From: Alphaproteobacteria bacterium
Lineage (GTDB): Bacteria; Pseudomonadota; Alphaproteobacteria; RF32; CAG-239
DNA: 64,000 bases
Direction: 5' to 3'
Assembly (NCBI GenBank): GCA_015062235.1
Contig: SUUZ01000006.1
Coordinates: 11,258 to 75,257 of the forward strand
Part shown: one piece after another, positions 21,722-32,308 of the stretch
Layout of the letters: each line of letters starts with the position of its first letter
How positions within the stretch are numbered: the first letter of the stretch is position 1
The notes under the pieces: model-generated
What the model was told of the DNA's origin: nothing
Seen by the model: only the letters and a program-made list of their open reading frames with translations
The model's database searches: none
Program-made: the position numbers and the translations under genes

Positions 21722-22345
21722 ATGTTTAGGTATAAAAATAATCAGGATGGAGCAACAATGTTGGAGACGTTGGGTGTATTAACGATTGTTATTATGCTTG
21801 GAATATCTTCTATAAAACTAATTGGCAATATCATGGCAATGTTTAAGCAGAGTATGGTGGTAAGTGAAATTCAAGATTTACAAAAAGCTATAACTGATAG
21901 ATATAAGTTTGAAGGAAGTTACAAGTCTTTATTTGAAGGAAGATCAGATGAAGATATTGTGCAATATCTTTGTGAGAATAAAATAGCTCCTTTTCAGATG
22001 TGTTCTGGAGATAGAATGTATCACAGAATGGGAGGTGCTGTATGGGTTGTACCTAGCGGATATTATGAAGACGATGTGTTTGTTGCTGATTATAATAAAT
22101 ATGCTATGACTTTTTATAAATTAACAGATAAAACATGTTTACTTGCAGCTCAAATAAATTGGAACAAGCAAAAAACATCTAGTATTTTTAAAATGATAAT
22201 AAATTCAGACAAAGTAAATAAATTAGTTGTTGATGTTCCATATAACATGCAAACAGGTTCTAAAACTTTTCCTGCGGATGTTTCAGATATTACTAAAGCT
22301 TGTAGTTATGATGATAATAATACAATTGAATGGGTGTTTTTTTAG
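21722..22345 (+). CDS. type IV pilin/pseudopilin-like protein
   Basis: Prepilin-like N-terminus QDG/ATMLETLGVLTIVIMLG with Glu at +5 after the predicted cleavage-site Gly. Start set at ATG 21722 with GGAGGA RBS. Confidence 0.4.
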   Translation: MFRYKNNQDGATMLETLGVLTIVIMLGISSIKLIGNIMAMFKQSMVVSEIQDLQKAITDRYKFEGSYKSLFEGRSDEDIVQYLCENKIAPFQMCSGDRMYHRMGGAVWVVPSGYYEDDVFVADYNKYAMTFYKLTDKTCLLAAQINWNKQKTSSIFKMIINSDKVNKLVVDVPYNMQTGSKTFPADVSDITKACSYDDNNTIEWVFF

Positions 22346-22776
22346 AGGGCAAATTGTTTAAGATTAATGAAATAAAAAAATCTGTGGATGTATCAAAAAC
22401 TAAATCTACTAAAAAAGCGGATTTAACAGAAAGTTTTGCAGACTATTTACGAACAAATGTAGAAAAAAATATAGAAAGTGTTCAATCTACTTCAGCGATG
22501 ACGTCTGCTGATGCTATTTTTGCGGCACAAATGGTTGATGGAGAAGAAGAAAAGTTGATTCGTAAGAAATTGGTAAAAAAAGGTAATACATTACTAGATA
22601 GTTTAGAAGAAATACGTCAAGGTTTGTTATTTGGAGAGATATCTAAAGATAAACTAATAGAAATATCTCGAATAGTTAAACAAAAAAACATTAATAGCAG
22701 AGATGAAAAATTGTTAGAAATTATGCAAGAGATAGAGTTAAGAGTTGAGGTTGAACTTACAAAGTTAATGGGGTAA
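22330..22776 (+). CDS. hypothetical protein (coupled to pilin-like gene)
   Basis: ORF overlapping the end of the upstream gene. Charged, helical composition. No motifs. Confidence 0.35.
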   Translation: MGVFLEGKLFKINEIKKSVDVSKTKSTKKADLTESFADYLRTNVEKNIESVQSTSAMTSADAIFAAQMVDGEEEKLIRKKLVKKGNTLLDSLEEIRQGLLFGEISKDKLIEISRIVKQKNINSRDEKLLEIMQEIELRVEVELTKLMG

Positions 22777-22871
22777 AAAACTTAAAGGAAAAAGTAAGGT
22801 TTTTTATTGAAATTTTATTTGAATAATATATTTTTAGTAAAAAATATGTTGGATGTTTAAGGAGTTAAAAA

Positions 22872-23297
22872 ATGGATAGTGCTGTTATTCTTCCACCAGA
22901 CTATAAACCCTCTGTAAAAGAGGAATATATGAACGAAATGCAATTGGAATATTTTCGTCAAAAGCTATTATATTGGAAAAAATCGTTAATAGGTCAATCA
23001 AAAGATACTTTGGATGATTTAAAACAGGGTGGTTTGAATCAGCCAGATCAAATAGATAGAGCGTCTTTAGAATCTGATAAAGCTTTGGAGTTAAGAACTA
23101 GAGATAGAGCAAGAAAGCTTATTTCGAAGATAGATGAGGCTTTAAAGAGAATAGAAGATGGATCATATGGTTATTGTGAAGAAACAGGTGATCCTATAGG
23201 TTTAGATAGATTGGAGGCTCGTCCTGTTACAACCCTTTCTATTGAAGCTCAAGAACGCCATGAAAGAATGGAAAAAACATATGACGATGAAGCGTAG
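22872..23297 (+). CDS. dksA: RNA polymerase-binding transcription factor DksA (lacks canonical 4-Cys finger)
   Basis: Coiled-coil with the DksA-family acidic tip region. C-terminal GYCEETGDPIGLDRLEARP region. 141 aa. Confidence 0.8.
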   Translation: MDSAVILPPDYKPSVKEEYMNEMQLEYFRQKLLYWKKSLIGQSKDTLDDLKQGGLNQPDQIDRASLESDKALELRTRDRARKLISKIDEALKRIEDGSYGYCEETGDPIGLDRLEARPVTTLSIEAQERHERMEKTYDDEA

Positions 23298-23355
23298 TTT
23301 TTGTTTTTAGTTGTTTGGGGTTTTTAGACATTTATGCTAAAACCCCCTTTTTTAT

Positions 23356-23937
23356 ATGGATGAAATAATGAATAAAAATTTTATATTAGCATCACAGTCA
23401 CAACAACGTAAGGAATTACTCAAGCAAATAAATTTTAATCCTTATAAAGTTGAGCCTGCTGATATAGATGAAAAACCACATATTAATGAAAAACCAAGCC
23501 AATATGTTAAAAGAATGGCTTTGGAAAAAGCAGAGTGTGTTGCAAAAAAACACATAGGAGAGATTGTTTTAGCTTCAGATACTGTTATAGTGTGTGGAAC
23601 TAAAATAATCCAAAAGTCAAAGTCTCATTGTGAGCAAAAAAAAATAATGAATTTGTTATCTGGTAGAACCCATAAAGTTTTAACAGCTGTTTGTGTCATT
23701 AATAGTTTTGGTAAAGCTTCTTTACGCTTAAATACAACAAAAATTAAAATGAAAAAACTTTCACAGAAAGAAATCTTAGATTATGTAGAATCTGAAGAAT
23801 GGATTGGGTGCGCAGGGTATAGAATAGAAGGAATTTTAGGTGGTTTTGTTCAACAGATAATGGGTTCTTATAGTGGTGTTGTTGGATTACCCCTTTATGA
23901 GACGCGTTGTTTACTTGTAGGAGCAGGAGTGCATTAA
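23356..23937 (+). CDS. maf: Maf-like nucleoside triphosphate pyrophosphatase
   Basis: FILASQSQQRKELL N-terminal Maf signature. 193 aa. Confidence 0.85.
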   Translation: MDEIMNKNFILASQSQQRKELLKQINFNPYKVEPADIDEKPHINEKPSQYVKRMALEKAECVAKKHIGEIVLASDTVIVCGTKIIQKSKSHCEQKKIMNLLSGRTHKVLTAVCVINSFGKASLRLNTTKIKMKKLSQKEILDYVESEEWIGCAGYRIEGILGGFVQQIMGSYSGVVGLPLYETRCLLVGAGVH

Positions 23938-23939
23938 AA

Positions 23940-25091
23940 ATGTTTGATAAAATATTAGTTAGAGAAGAAGGAAGTATAAAACAAATTGCAGGAATGAAAG
24001 ATGGTGATTTAAGGGAGTTTGTAGTTATTGATAGCAATAAGGCTAATGAAGGGAATATTTACTTAGGAAAAATTGTTAAAAAAATTCAAACAGCAAATGG
24101 ATATTCTGGATATTTTGTAAACATTGGAGGAGATAAAGAAGCGTTTATAAATGCGGAGGAAAGAAAACTAGAAAACTTAAACGCTTGTGAGGGGCAAAGT
24201 ATTATTGTTCAAGTGTTGCAAGAACAAAGAGCGGAAAAAGGGGCTCGTGTAACAAGGTTTTTACAGATTGTGGGTACTTTTTTAGTTTATAGTCCATATG
24301 GAGAAGATATATTAGTATCCGCTAAGATTGATGATGAAGAAAAAAGGGAAGAACTAGGTAATTTAATAGCTGATAATGTTGATCAAGGCGGGTGGATGGT
24401 TAGAACACAAGCTCTGGATGCCCAAAAAGAAGACATATTAAAAGAGTTGAAAATTTTACAAAGTGTTTTTAACAATATATTAATAAGAGTTAAAAACTTA
24501 AAAGCTCCAGCATTATTATTTACAAATGATAATTATTTAGATGAAATGATTAAAAGAAGCCAAAGCTGTTCGCTTAAAATAGAGGTTAATAGTCACATTC
24601 TGGAAAAAGAATTGTCAGATAAAGCGGTCGTTTTGTTTAATGCTAAAGCTTTTGAGGAAGCGGGTATTGAAGAAAAAATTAATAACGCTCTAAGTAAGAA
24701 TGTAAAATTAAATTGTGGTGGTAGAGTTATTATTGAAGAAACTAAAGCTTTTGTAGCTATAGATGTTGACAGCGGAGAAGGCTTTACGCAAGGGGGTATT
24801 AATCGTTTGAATCAAGAGGCAGCTCATGAAATTGTTAGACAAATTTTATTGAGGAATTTATCGGGGAAAATTATAATTGATTTTGCAGGAAATAATGAAT
24901 TTAAATTTTTAAAATCAGTTATTGATATTTTGGTTAAAGGCTTGGCTCAAGATGTTTCGAAAGCTAAAGTTTTAGGGGTAAGTAGAGCGGGCAATGTTGA
25001 AATAGTTCGCAGTCGTAAGCGCCCAAGTTTGAGAGATTTATTTTCTGAGGAATGTGTAACTTGTCAGGGAACAGGGAGGGTTGAAAAATGA
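23940..25091 (+). CDS. rng: RNase E/G family ribonuclease (Rng/CafA-like)
   Basis: S1 domain GNIYLGKIVKK. Conserved DNase-I-like catalytic core. Start placed at ATG 23940, directly after the maf stop. Confidence 0.8.
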   Translation: MFDKILVREEGSIKQIAGMKDGDLREFVVIDSNKANEGNIYLGKIVKKIQTANGYSGYFVNIGGDKEAFINAEERKLENLNACEGQSIIVQVLQEQRAEKGARVTRFLQIVGTFLVYSPYGEDILVSAKIDDEEKREELGNLIADNVDQGGWMVRTQALDAQKEDILKELKILQSVFNNILIRVKNLKAPALLFTNDNYLDEMIKRSQSCSLKIEVNSHILEKELSDKAVVLFNAKAFEEAGIEEKINNALSKNVKLNCGGRVIIEETKAFVAIDVDSGEGFTQGGINRLNQEAAHEIVRQILLRNLSGKIIIDFAGNNEFKFLKSVIDILVKGLAQDVSKAKVLGVSRAGNVEIVRSRKRPSLRDLFSEECVTCQGTGRVEK

Positions 25092-25270
25092 AATGCCCAA
25101 TTTGTAACAAAGAGTTTGATGATGCAAAATATAAACCTTTTTGTTGTAAAAGATGTGCAGATATAGATTTGGGTAATTGGTTTAGTGAAAAATATACAAT
25201 AGCCGCAGAAAACCTGAATGAAAAAGATTTAGAAGAACTGAATAAAGCATTATTATCTAGCGAAAAATAA
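25088..25270 (+). CDS. yacG: DNA gyrase inhibitor YacG (zinc finger)
   Basis: CPICNKEF...CCKRCADIDLGNWF zinc-ribbon. 60 aa. 4-bp overlap with rng. Confidence 0.8.
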   Translation: MKCPICNKEFDDAKYKPFCCKRCADIDLGNWFSEKYTIAAENLNEKDLEELNKALLSSEK

Positions 25271-25299
25271 CAAAGACCTCAAAACATGGTCTTTGTTAT
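25271..25299. terminator. bidirectional terminator hairpin between yacG and virD4-like gene
   Basis: CAAAGACC ... GGTCTTTG 8-bp stem followed by TTATTT. Confidence 0.5.
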
Positions 25300-27519
25300 T
25301 TAATCGTTTTGTTCTTCTTCGTTTTCAAATTCTTCAGCATACTGATCAAAATCTTCGTTAGGATCATAGTCTATACCAAGTTTTGCAAGCATATCATCGT
25401 TTATATCCTCACGTTGAGCAACAATCCAATCAGGAACATTTGGTGCAGGAGGTATTTTTGCTAAAGCTTTCATTTTTGGGTCAAGATACCAACGAGGAGA
25501 ATCGGCCATAATAGGTCTATCGATGAAACTTTGCATTAGAACCACTTGTTTTGACGTCGGTAAACTTAGTAGTTGAGTGGTTGATATAACATTAACTCCT
25601 TGTAGAGAGTAAGATACATTTTTTGCAAAAGGATTGGCTCCTTTTGCAAAGCCTTCATTTTTAGAGTATGACGTTGTTTGAACTGTTTTTTTACCTATCA
25701 TTTTTGAGAATCGATCCGCAGTTACCTCATTGTTTTGTGATAAGATAACTTTACATGCGGTGGTAGATATAACCGTTTCAAGATCGTCTTTACCATATTT
25801 ACCAGAAATTTGTCCTAAATCTTGACCGATAAGCAAGTAAGAAACTTTTTGACCTCGACCAACAGCTGGACCATCAATAACAGCTTTTAATTTTGGTAGT
25901 GTTGGGAACTCGTCTATAGCAAATAAACAAGGGAAAGGTCCCATTTTACCGTCTGTAGGATTAACAAAATTAGGAGGGTTAGCTATTAAATATGAAGACA
26001 TTAAGTCAAAAAAAGTACCAGAAATGACGCTTAAAGCTCGAGCATCAACCTGATTTACTGACAAATAAACAGATATAGGTTTAAATTCTCCAGTAATAGG
26101 ATCTTTTAATCCACGTAAATCCTTGAATTGAATATCTGAGAAGCTTGTTCTTGCAACTACAGCAGAGTTTTTAAATATACCTATGCCAGCGAAAGCTGTA
26201 GACATTACGGAACCACGTTCTTTGTCAGGCATAGAGCTTAATTGACTTAATTCAACAATACAGCGTGCAGAGTATCCAAATTTACGAGCCTCTTCAATAG
26301 CAGCCTCTAAAAGATCACGCATAGGGTCTGCCATAGCAGCCATTTGATCGCCCTCATCCATACGGCGTTTTATTTCTTGAGATTGTTTGATTTGAGCTTC
26401 GGTAATCCACTCAAGAATCATTGCAAGACACGATTCGTGACCAATCCATTTGTCTGGTAGTAATGCCCAAGTTCCAATAGGAAGGTAGTTATCAATGTTT
26501 AAAGTTCCTGCTCTTAAGTTTTGGAGAGCCCTAGGAGCCATAGGGTCGTTCATTTCAAGGTAATATCCTTCAAGAACTTTTTTATCCTCTTCGTCTATTT
26601 TTCCTTCGTATACACGGCCTATAAAATAATCGTTAGCACGGGCTTTTTCGCATTTTGAAACAATAAAATGGATAAAACCATTTAATGCGGCGCGACCTGT
26701 TTTAGACCAGTGAGGATCTGCACCACCTTTAGGGTCTTCTACAAGGGTGTTGCACATAGAATCAACATACATGTCTCGACCAGGACCAGGAGATGGCACA
26801 GCGCCAGGTGATAACGGATTCCAGCTTGGATAATATATGCCTTCTTCAGGATTATCCTCCATACCCCAGTTAATAATGAAAACAGGTCCTACTTTGGCTC
26901 GGGCTCCAGATGTTGAATAGCATAATTCTGGTTTAGGATCATTTACAACAATACTCATGCCTGGTGAATTAAAAATTGTTGGAATAACAACACCAACTGT
27001 TTTACCAGTACCTGGAGGAGCACAACAGAGAACAGATAGAGTTTCATTCATTCTTAAAAGACGACCTTTGAACTTTCCAACAACGATACAGAATCCATCA
27101 AAAAGTCCCATTTTTTTTATGTCTTTTTCTGTAGCAAGTCTAGCTGACCCATGAATATTTGATTGAAATCTATAAGGGTTGGTTAATATACCAAAAATTA
27201 TGCCAATTGGTAGGCTTATAAAAGGTAATATAGGAACCCAAAGACTAACTGAGAAGGGACCATTATAGTTGAACAATTGTTTTAACCACACCCAATAACG
27301 ATGATACAAGAATCCGCTTTTGTTGAAGGTTAAAGAGAAAAATTTTGCAACATCACTCATGCTTTCTTTTGATATACCGTTTCCGATAATATAAGCTAAA
27401 GGCATAGATATAAGAGCAAGAAAAAGCGTTATAACTACAGACAAAGTTACAGTAATTACCATCCAACGTACAGCGCTGTTATATTCTTTCCACTCTTCGC
27501 CTTCTTTTTCTAATGCCAT
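25300..27519 (-). CDS. virD4: type IV secretion coupling protein (VirD4/TraG family ATPase) with acidic C-terminal tail
   Basis: Two N-terminal TM helices. Walker A CCAPPGTGKTVGVVIPT. Walker B FAIDEFPTLPKL. Acidic C-terminus EDFDQYAEEFENEEEQND. 739 aa. Confidence 0.85.
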   Translation of the reverse strand: MALEKEGEEWKEYNSAVRWMVITVTLSVVITLFLALISMPLAYIIGNGISKESMSDVAKFFSLTFNKSGFLYHRYWVWLKQLFNYNGPFSVSLWVPILPFISLPIGIIFGILTNPYRFQSNIHGSARLATEKDIKKMGLFDGFCIVVGKFKGRLLRMNETLSVLCCAPPGTGKTVGVVIPTIFNSPGMSIVVNDPKPELCYSTSGARAKVGPVFIINWGMEDNPEEGIYYPSWNPLSPGAVPSPGPGRDMYVDSMCNTLVEDPKGGADPHWSKTGRAALNGFIHFIVSKCEKARANDYFIGRVYEGKIDEEDKKVLEGYYLEMNDPMAPRALQNLRAGTLNIDNYLPIGTWALLPDKWIGHESCLAMILEWITEAQIKQSQEIKRRMDEGDQMAAMADPMRDLLEAAIEEARKFGYSARCIVELSQLSSMPDKERGSVMSTAFAGIGIFKNSAVVARTSFSDIQFKDLRGLKDPITGEFKPISVYLSVNQVDARALSVISGTFFDLMSSYLIANPPNFVNPTDGKMGPFPCLFAIDEFPTLPKLKAVIDGPAVGRGQKVSYLLIGQDLGQISGKYGKDDLETVISTTACKVILSQNNEVTADRFSKMIGKKTVQTTSYSKNEGFAKGANPFAKNVSYSLQGVNVISTTQLLSLPTSKQVVLMQSFIDRPIMADSPRWYLDPKMKALAKIPPAPNVPDWIVAQREDINDDMLAKLGIDYDPNEDFDQYAEEFENEEEQND

Positions 27520-27530
27520 TTTTTCCTCTT

Positions 27531-28775
27531 TTATGCAATACTACGTAATAGTTTTTTTATTTTTTCGAATATAGCCTTATCCACATTACCATCAGCCTCT
27601 TCTAATGTTTTAGCAAATAAAGGTATTTCTTTTGGTGTTCCTCTGTCAATACGAGTTACTTTAACACCGATATCTTTCCAAATGTCTAACATATCTTCGG
27701 CGTTAATTATATTTCCAATTTGTTCAATAACGAAAGGAACAACATCAAAAGATAAATCTGCGTCTTTTAGGGTTTCTTCTAGTGTTAAACGAGCAAGGTC
27801 CACCTTGCGTACAGGAGAAATACGATGTGAGCTTTCTGAAAACCATAAAGGTTCTTCATCGTTGAAGCGCTCTTCATCAGCTAGCCAATCTCCAGGTTCT
27901 TTATCGTTTAAACACATACATATTTGTGTTTTTGACACACCAATGAAATCTATAAATGTGTTTTTGATTGTTGCGCCAGTTATAATATCGTATCCTTTTT
28001 GTTTTAGTAATTCAAAGGAAGAGTTTGCCCCACCTGATTTTTGCTTAATAGGTTGATTTGGTGTTGTTTTTTCAGGTGTTTTTTTCTTGGATTCGTTTTG
28101 ATTGTTTTCTTTTTTAGCAGATGATTCTTCGTTTTTTATAGAAGTATTTTTTTGAGCTGGAGGAGGTGTTTCAGCAAAAAGATCAAAATCAAGAGGTTCG
28201 GTATCACCCATCTCGAACAGAGAGTGAGTGAATTCCTTGGTTTCTGGTTTATTGGGTAGAGGTAAGGAAGAACGAGGTTTTGACTTCATGGTTACACCAG
28301 ATAAAGCGGCTTTGCGTTCCTCATCAAAAATAGATTTTGGTGTTGAATTATCTTCAATAGGACCTCTAACGCTTTTGGGGCGTATTTCTTTGTATGATTT
28401 TTTCTTTTTAACCACCTTAACAGAGGCAGTGTTTGTAATTTTTTTGACTTGTTTTTCAAAAACACTGTTGAATATTTTGATAGGTAGAAAACTAAGAAAA
28501 GCAAAAACAGATCCCCACTTGATAGTACTTAAAGCAGCCCAAACAGTAATCCATACAGGGATAGATGTTAAAACGATAAGAATAAAAGCCCACTCTTTTG
28601 GTTCGTCTATAACCCAACCAGAAAGCCATAAATTCCACGCATGTAACCAATGAGAAGAACGGAAGATATCAAAGTGCCAATTTGTAAGCATAATAACACG
28701 TATTCCCTCAATGAAGAATATGCTCCAAAAAAGGCCTACAAGTACTATTCTTAGCAATATCAGCAATGGTTTCAA
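27531..28775 (-). CDS. membrane protein with cytoplasmic C-terminal domain (paralogous N-terminus to 28841-29323 product)
   Basis: N-terminal polytopic domain shares motifs with the adjacent 160-aa protein (TNWHFDIFRSSHW vs TWNFNFLSIKSW; LPIKIFNSVFEK vs SPIKLFYKIFDGK). 414 aa. Confidence 0.4.
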   Translation of the reverse strand: MKPLLILLRIVLVGLFWSIFFIEGIRVIMLTNWHFDIFRSSHWLHAWNLWLSGWVIDEPKEWAFILIVLTSIPVWITVWAALSTIKWGSVFAFLSFLPIKIFNSVFEKQVKKITNTASVKVVKKKKSYKEIRPKSVRGPIEDNSTPKSIFDEERKAALSGVTMKSKPRSSLPLPNKPETKEFTHSLFEMGDTEPLDFDLFAETPPPAQKNTSIKNEESSAKKENNQNESKKKTPEKTTPNQPIKQKSGGANSSFELLKQKGYDIITGATIKNTFIDFIGVSKTQICMCLNDKEPGDWLADEERFNDEEPLWFSESSHRISPVRKVDLARLTLEETLKDADLSFDVVPFVIEQIGNIINAEDMLDIWKDIGVKVTRIDRGTPKEIPLFAKTLEEADGNVDKAIFEKIKKLLRSIA

Positions 28776-28840
28776 AAAAAATCTCCTGAAAATTTTCTTT
28801 TATTATACTAATATAAAATAGGTTAACAATAGTTTATTTT

Positions 28841-29323
28841 TTAGTTTTTTATCTCTTCGGAGATTTTTTTGGTGATTTCAGATCTGATATTTCCAGCCTC
28901 TTTAGATTTCTCAGGTTTTAAAGATTCTATTTCTGCCTTGATATCATCGATCATTTGTTGGCTTGATTTGATATTTTTTATAACGATACGCTCTGGTTCA
29001 GCATCTATTTTTCCGTCAAATATTTTATAAAATAATTTTATAGGACTTAGTAAAATGTTTATGTATTTTATTTTTAGTGCAAAATAAAAACCAATTAGCC
29101 ACCAAAGAGGAAGGGATAACAAAGATGTTATTAACAAAATATCTGATGATGTTTTTAGAATACCTCCATTATTCCAAAAGGTATAAAGAATTTTCCATGA
29201 CTTAATTGATAGAAAATTGAAGTTCCAAGTTAAAGATATAGCAATATTAGAAATAGAAATAAATACAAAAGTCCAGCTAACAAAGATTAGTATTAAACGA
29301 AATAGTCGTAATATTTTTTTCAT
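28841..29323 (-). CDS. small polytopic membrane protein (paralog of N-terminal domain of 27531-28775 product)
   Basis: See the paralogy motifs listed for 27531-28775. 160 aa. Abuts the upstream gene (1-bp spacing). Confidence 0.4.
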   Translation of the reverse strand: MKKILRLFRLILIFVSWTFVFISISNIAISLTWNFNFLSIKSWKILYTFWNNGGILKTSSDILLITSLLSLPLWWLIGFYFALKIKYINILLSPIKLFYKIFDGKIDAEPERIVIKNIKSSQQMIDDIKAEIESLKPEKSKEAGNIRSEITKKISEEIKN

Positions 29324-31333
29324 TTAGTTAGCCCTTTCGGTGTTTTTAGTTCTAATATCACCAACTTTGAATTGTTTTAATTCTTCTTTGTTGGGAGCGT
29401 TTAGTTGACTTCTTATTTGATTAATTCTACTTCTAACATTGTCTGTTGTTTGCTGTTGAGCTGTCAATTCGGCTTCTCTTTGGCTAAGGTTTGTTAGTTG
29501 TCTTGTATACATTTCTTCAAGAGTCATATCGTTGAAAGCATCGGCAAAAGCAACAGGACCGCGATTTTGTTTTGGGGAGTAGGTTGCTTCAATGGTGTTT
29601 TCTATGGTTTTCCCATCTTTAGATTTTTCCACAAGAGAAGCCACTTCGGCCACTAATGCTTCGCAAGATATTTTTTTTGGGTTGTTATTACCAGTATATA
29701 CACCAGCAAATATTTTAGCGGCTTCTTCGTAATTTTTTTCTGAAAACTCTTTAATAGACTTAGGATCATCAAGAATCGAAGGATTTTTGATAATCTCTTG
29801 AGACAACATAAATTGGTTGTAGTGAGCTGCAAATAAACCCTGTAGGGCAAAAGTTTTTTCGATTTCTGGGCGGTGTTCAATCTTATGAGTGCTTTTAGTT
29901 TGAGCGTATTTGAAAGCTTCAGCAAAACCCTTAACTTCTCCATCTGTTATAGTACGTTTTTTTCCATCGCGAACACTTTGATATATTGTGTTAACAGCGT
30001 TTTTGTATTGCTCCTCGATCTTTTTTCGTGTTTCAGTATTGTTTTGAGGGTTTAAGCGTGCGTTGATGGTTTCTATTTGTTCTGCGTCAAGATCTTTTTG
30101 TATTTTGGTTAGATTTTCTTTGTTGTAGGGATCTTTGTAGGGAATAGTTCTTGAACCACCATCTTTTTCATAAATAAGAATACCTGTATCTGCGAGAATA
30201 TTTCGGTGATTTGCTAGTTCTTTCTCTCTGTGGGATAGTGTTTTCCAATCCTCACCATCGAACGCACTTATATGATCGTTTATCTCTTTAATTCTTTTTT
30301 CATATTCACCACTAAGTAAGAGAAAACCATCTTTTCGTTTGTTTTCGACTTCTTTTTCTTCAGCTGTTTGTTCTTTATCTTTATTTTTAAATACACCATT
30401 CCAACCAGCTTTTGCGCCACGAACCGTAGCATCTTTAACACCACCAAGGAATTGCGATGCTTTTTCCCAAGCGGGTTTGGTTACGCCGTAGTGAACACCA
30501 TGAAGACTTTCATATAAAATCACACCCGCAGGAGCCGCAACAAATTTGTCAAGAGTCCAAGAAGCGCCTTTAAGGATTACTTCTTTCATAAGATAATCAA
30601 TAATATCACCCTGTTCAATTTTTATTTCTTCATCTTCTTTACGCCCCCAATTAGGATCATCCATAAAGTTGAATTCACCTGCATTTTTGGTTTTATCATC
30701 TTTTTCAGAAGATTTGGATTTACTATTTTTTTCTAATTCTTTAGTAAGTCGGTCTCGCTCGAAGTCTCCAACGGAAGCAAGATAATTCTTTTGTTCTTCT
30801 TCATTTAGAGAAAAGAAATCACTATCTGTTTTTAAAGTAATGTTTCCAAGGTTTAATAATTCTTGAGGAATTTCTTTAGCGGTATCTTCATTGTTTTCGC
30901 TATCAGTATATGCACTTTGAATAGCTGGCTTTACAAGGGTTTCAAAAGCTTGTTCCCCATGACTATGAGCCATACTTCCAGCATAGGCTTTTAGGATGTT
31001 TTCTGGACTTAATTCATTTTTGTATTGTTCGTCACTAAAATTGCCACTACTGTCTGGTTTTATTCCTCGTAGTTCAGCAATATGTGCTGCTGCAGCGTAG
31101 TAGTCTTTTACCAAATTGTCAGCTGGTTTAAAGGTCGCATCTTTAGTTGCTCTATACATTGCTGATGCGGCGGCTATTGCTTTACTATCTCTGGCTGTTT
31201 TGTCTGATGCTGAGCGAAAGTCAGAGGAATTTTGCATGACCTGATCTTTGTTTTGCTGCAGAATATTATGAACACTATTTCTTACAGAGTTTGAAATAGA
31301 TGTTTTTGGGGTTGGGTTTTTAGGATCGGCCAT
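29324..31333 (-). CDS. large hydrophilic hypothetical protein (669 aa)
   Basis: Long ORF in an operon with the virD4-like gene. Charged/Lys-Glu rich. No recognisable catalytic motif. Confidence 0.4.
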   Translation of the reverse strand: MADPKNPTPKTSISNSVRNSVHNILQQNKDQVMQNSSDFRSASDKTARDSKAIAAASAMYRATKDATFKPADNLVKDYYAAAAHIAELRGIKPDSSGNFSDEQYKNELSPENILKAYAGSMAHSHGEQAFETLVKPAIQSAYTDSENNEDTAKEIPQELLNLGNITLKTDSDFFSLNEEEQKNYLASVGDFERDRLTKELEKNSKSKSSEKDDKTKNAGEFNFMDDPNWGRKEDEEIKIEQGDIIDYLMKEVILKGASWTLDKFVAAPAGVILYESLHGVHYGVTKPAWEKASQFLGGVKDATVRGAKAGWNGVFKNKDKEQTAEEKEVENKRKDGFLLLSGEYEKRIKEINDHISAFDGEDWKTLSHREKELANHRNILADTGILIYEKDGGSRTIPYKDPYNKENLTKIQKDLDAEQIETINARLNPQNNTETRKKIEEQYKNAVNTIYQSVRDGKKRTITDGEVKGFAEAFKYAQTKSTHKIEHRPEIEKTFALQGLFAAHYNQFMLSQEIIKNPSILDDPKSIKEFSEKNYEEAAKIFAGVYTGNNNPKKISCEALVAEVASLVEKSKDGKTIENTIEATYSPKQNRGPVAFADAFNDMTLEEMYTRQLTNLSQREAELTAQQQTTDNVRSRINQIRSQLNAPNKEELKQFKVGDIRTKNTERAN

Positions 31334-31412
31334 GGTTTTTATCCTTATTAATGAGGTTTATTAGTTTATTATAACAACACTTTTGTTTTTTGTCTATATT
31401 TTTGTACTAAAA

Positions 31413-32297
31413 CTAAGCTTTTAAATTTTTCAAAAATTTACCGAGTCGTTTGTTTATTTTTATTCCGTCCTCAGGTTTTGCTTTTATCATACCAAAAAAG
31501 CGAGATGGTATTTTGTCTATTTGAATAGGGGCAAAAGTTGCAGGATTATTTTCAAGCATTTTTTTTGCTCCCTCAGGATCTTTGCGGACGGTTTTGAAAA
31601 AATTGTTTACTAACATCTCAGCATCAACAGGAAAATTACGCTCTTTGATTGCTGCAATATAATTACGCATTTGATCTCGGCGATGTTGTTGTTCTTCATA
31701 GAGTTTTTTTTCTATTTTGTGTTTTTCATATTTGACGCGACGCAAATTGTATGCTATTTCACAAGCGTCTAACTCAATTAAAGATTCAACGTAAGATATT
31801 AAAGCCATTTGAAGATTTTTATCTGTTGTTTTTTCAGCAAAATTTAAAATTTGTTCGTCAGATGCGTTGGGTGGCAATGAGGATAAACGAACTGGTTGTG
31901 CGGCAATAAGAATTTCCCATGCATTAATTATATCTCTGTTTATAATATTCATTTGTGAGGGGCGGAAGCGGGGAAGCAGGTGTTGAGCTTGTAAGATAAA
32001 ATCACTGTATTCTATTCCTGCTTCATCACCACAAGCTTTAGCGGATTTTGTTAGTTCACAAATAGCCCCATATAAACGTTTTTCTTCTAAGGGAAGTTTT
32101 TCTGCATCAATATCAACAACATCAGCAATAATATTCGATAGAGAAGCAGCTTCATTTTCTGTTGTTGGGTTTGTGTTACTTTCTGTTGTTGGTTTACTTG
32201 TTTCTGTAAAAAATCTTTCAGTATCTTCTAGTTGAGAAGCTATGAAATCATCTAACAATTTATCAAAATCATCTGAAGAAAAATCATTATCAGCCAT
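31413..32297 (-). CDS. acidic hypothetical protein (294 aa)
   Basis: ORF in the same operon. Acidic N-terminus MADNDFSSDDFDKLLDDF. Confidence 0.4.
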   Translation of the reverse strand: MADNDFSSDDFDKLLDDFIASQLEDTERFFTETSKPTTESNTNPTTENEAASLSNIIADVVDIDAEKLPLEEKRLYGAICELTKSAKACGDEAGIEYSDFILQAQHLLPRFRPSQMNIINRDIINAWEILIAAQPVRLSSLPPNASDEQILNFAEKTTDKNLQMALISYVESLIELDACEIAYNLRRVKYEKHKIEKKLYEEQQHRRDQMRNYIAAIKERNFPVDAEMLVNNFFKTVRKDPEGAKKMLENNPATFAPIQIDKIPSRFFGMIKAKPEDGIKINKRLGKFLKNLKA

Positions 32298-32308
32298 GAA
32301 AATAACTC

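Noticed and set aside
27531-31333. Relaxase or VirB-component identity for the virD4 operon partners
   Set aside because: No HUH or 3-His relaxase motif with an N-terminal catalytic Tyr was seen. There is no VirB4/VirB11-type Walker ATPase and no VirB6, VirB8 or VirB10 signatures. The partners are left as unknowns.
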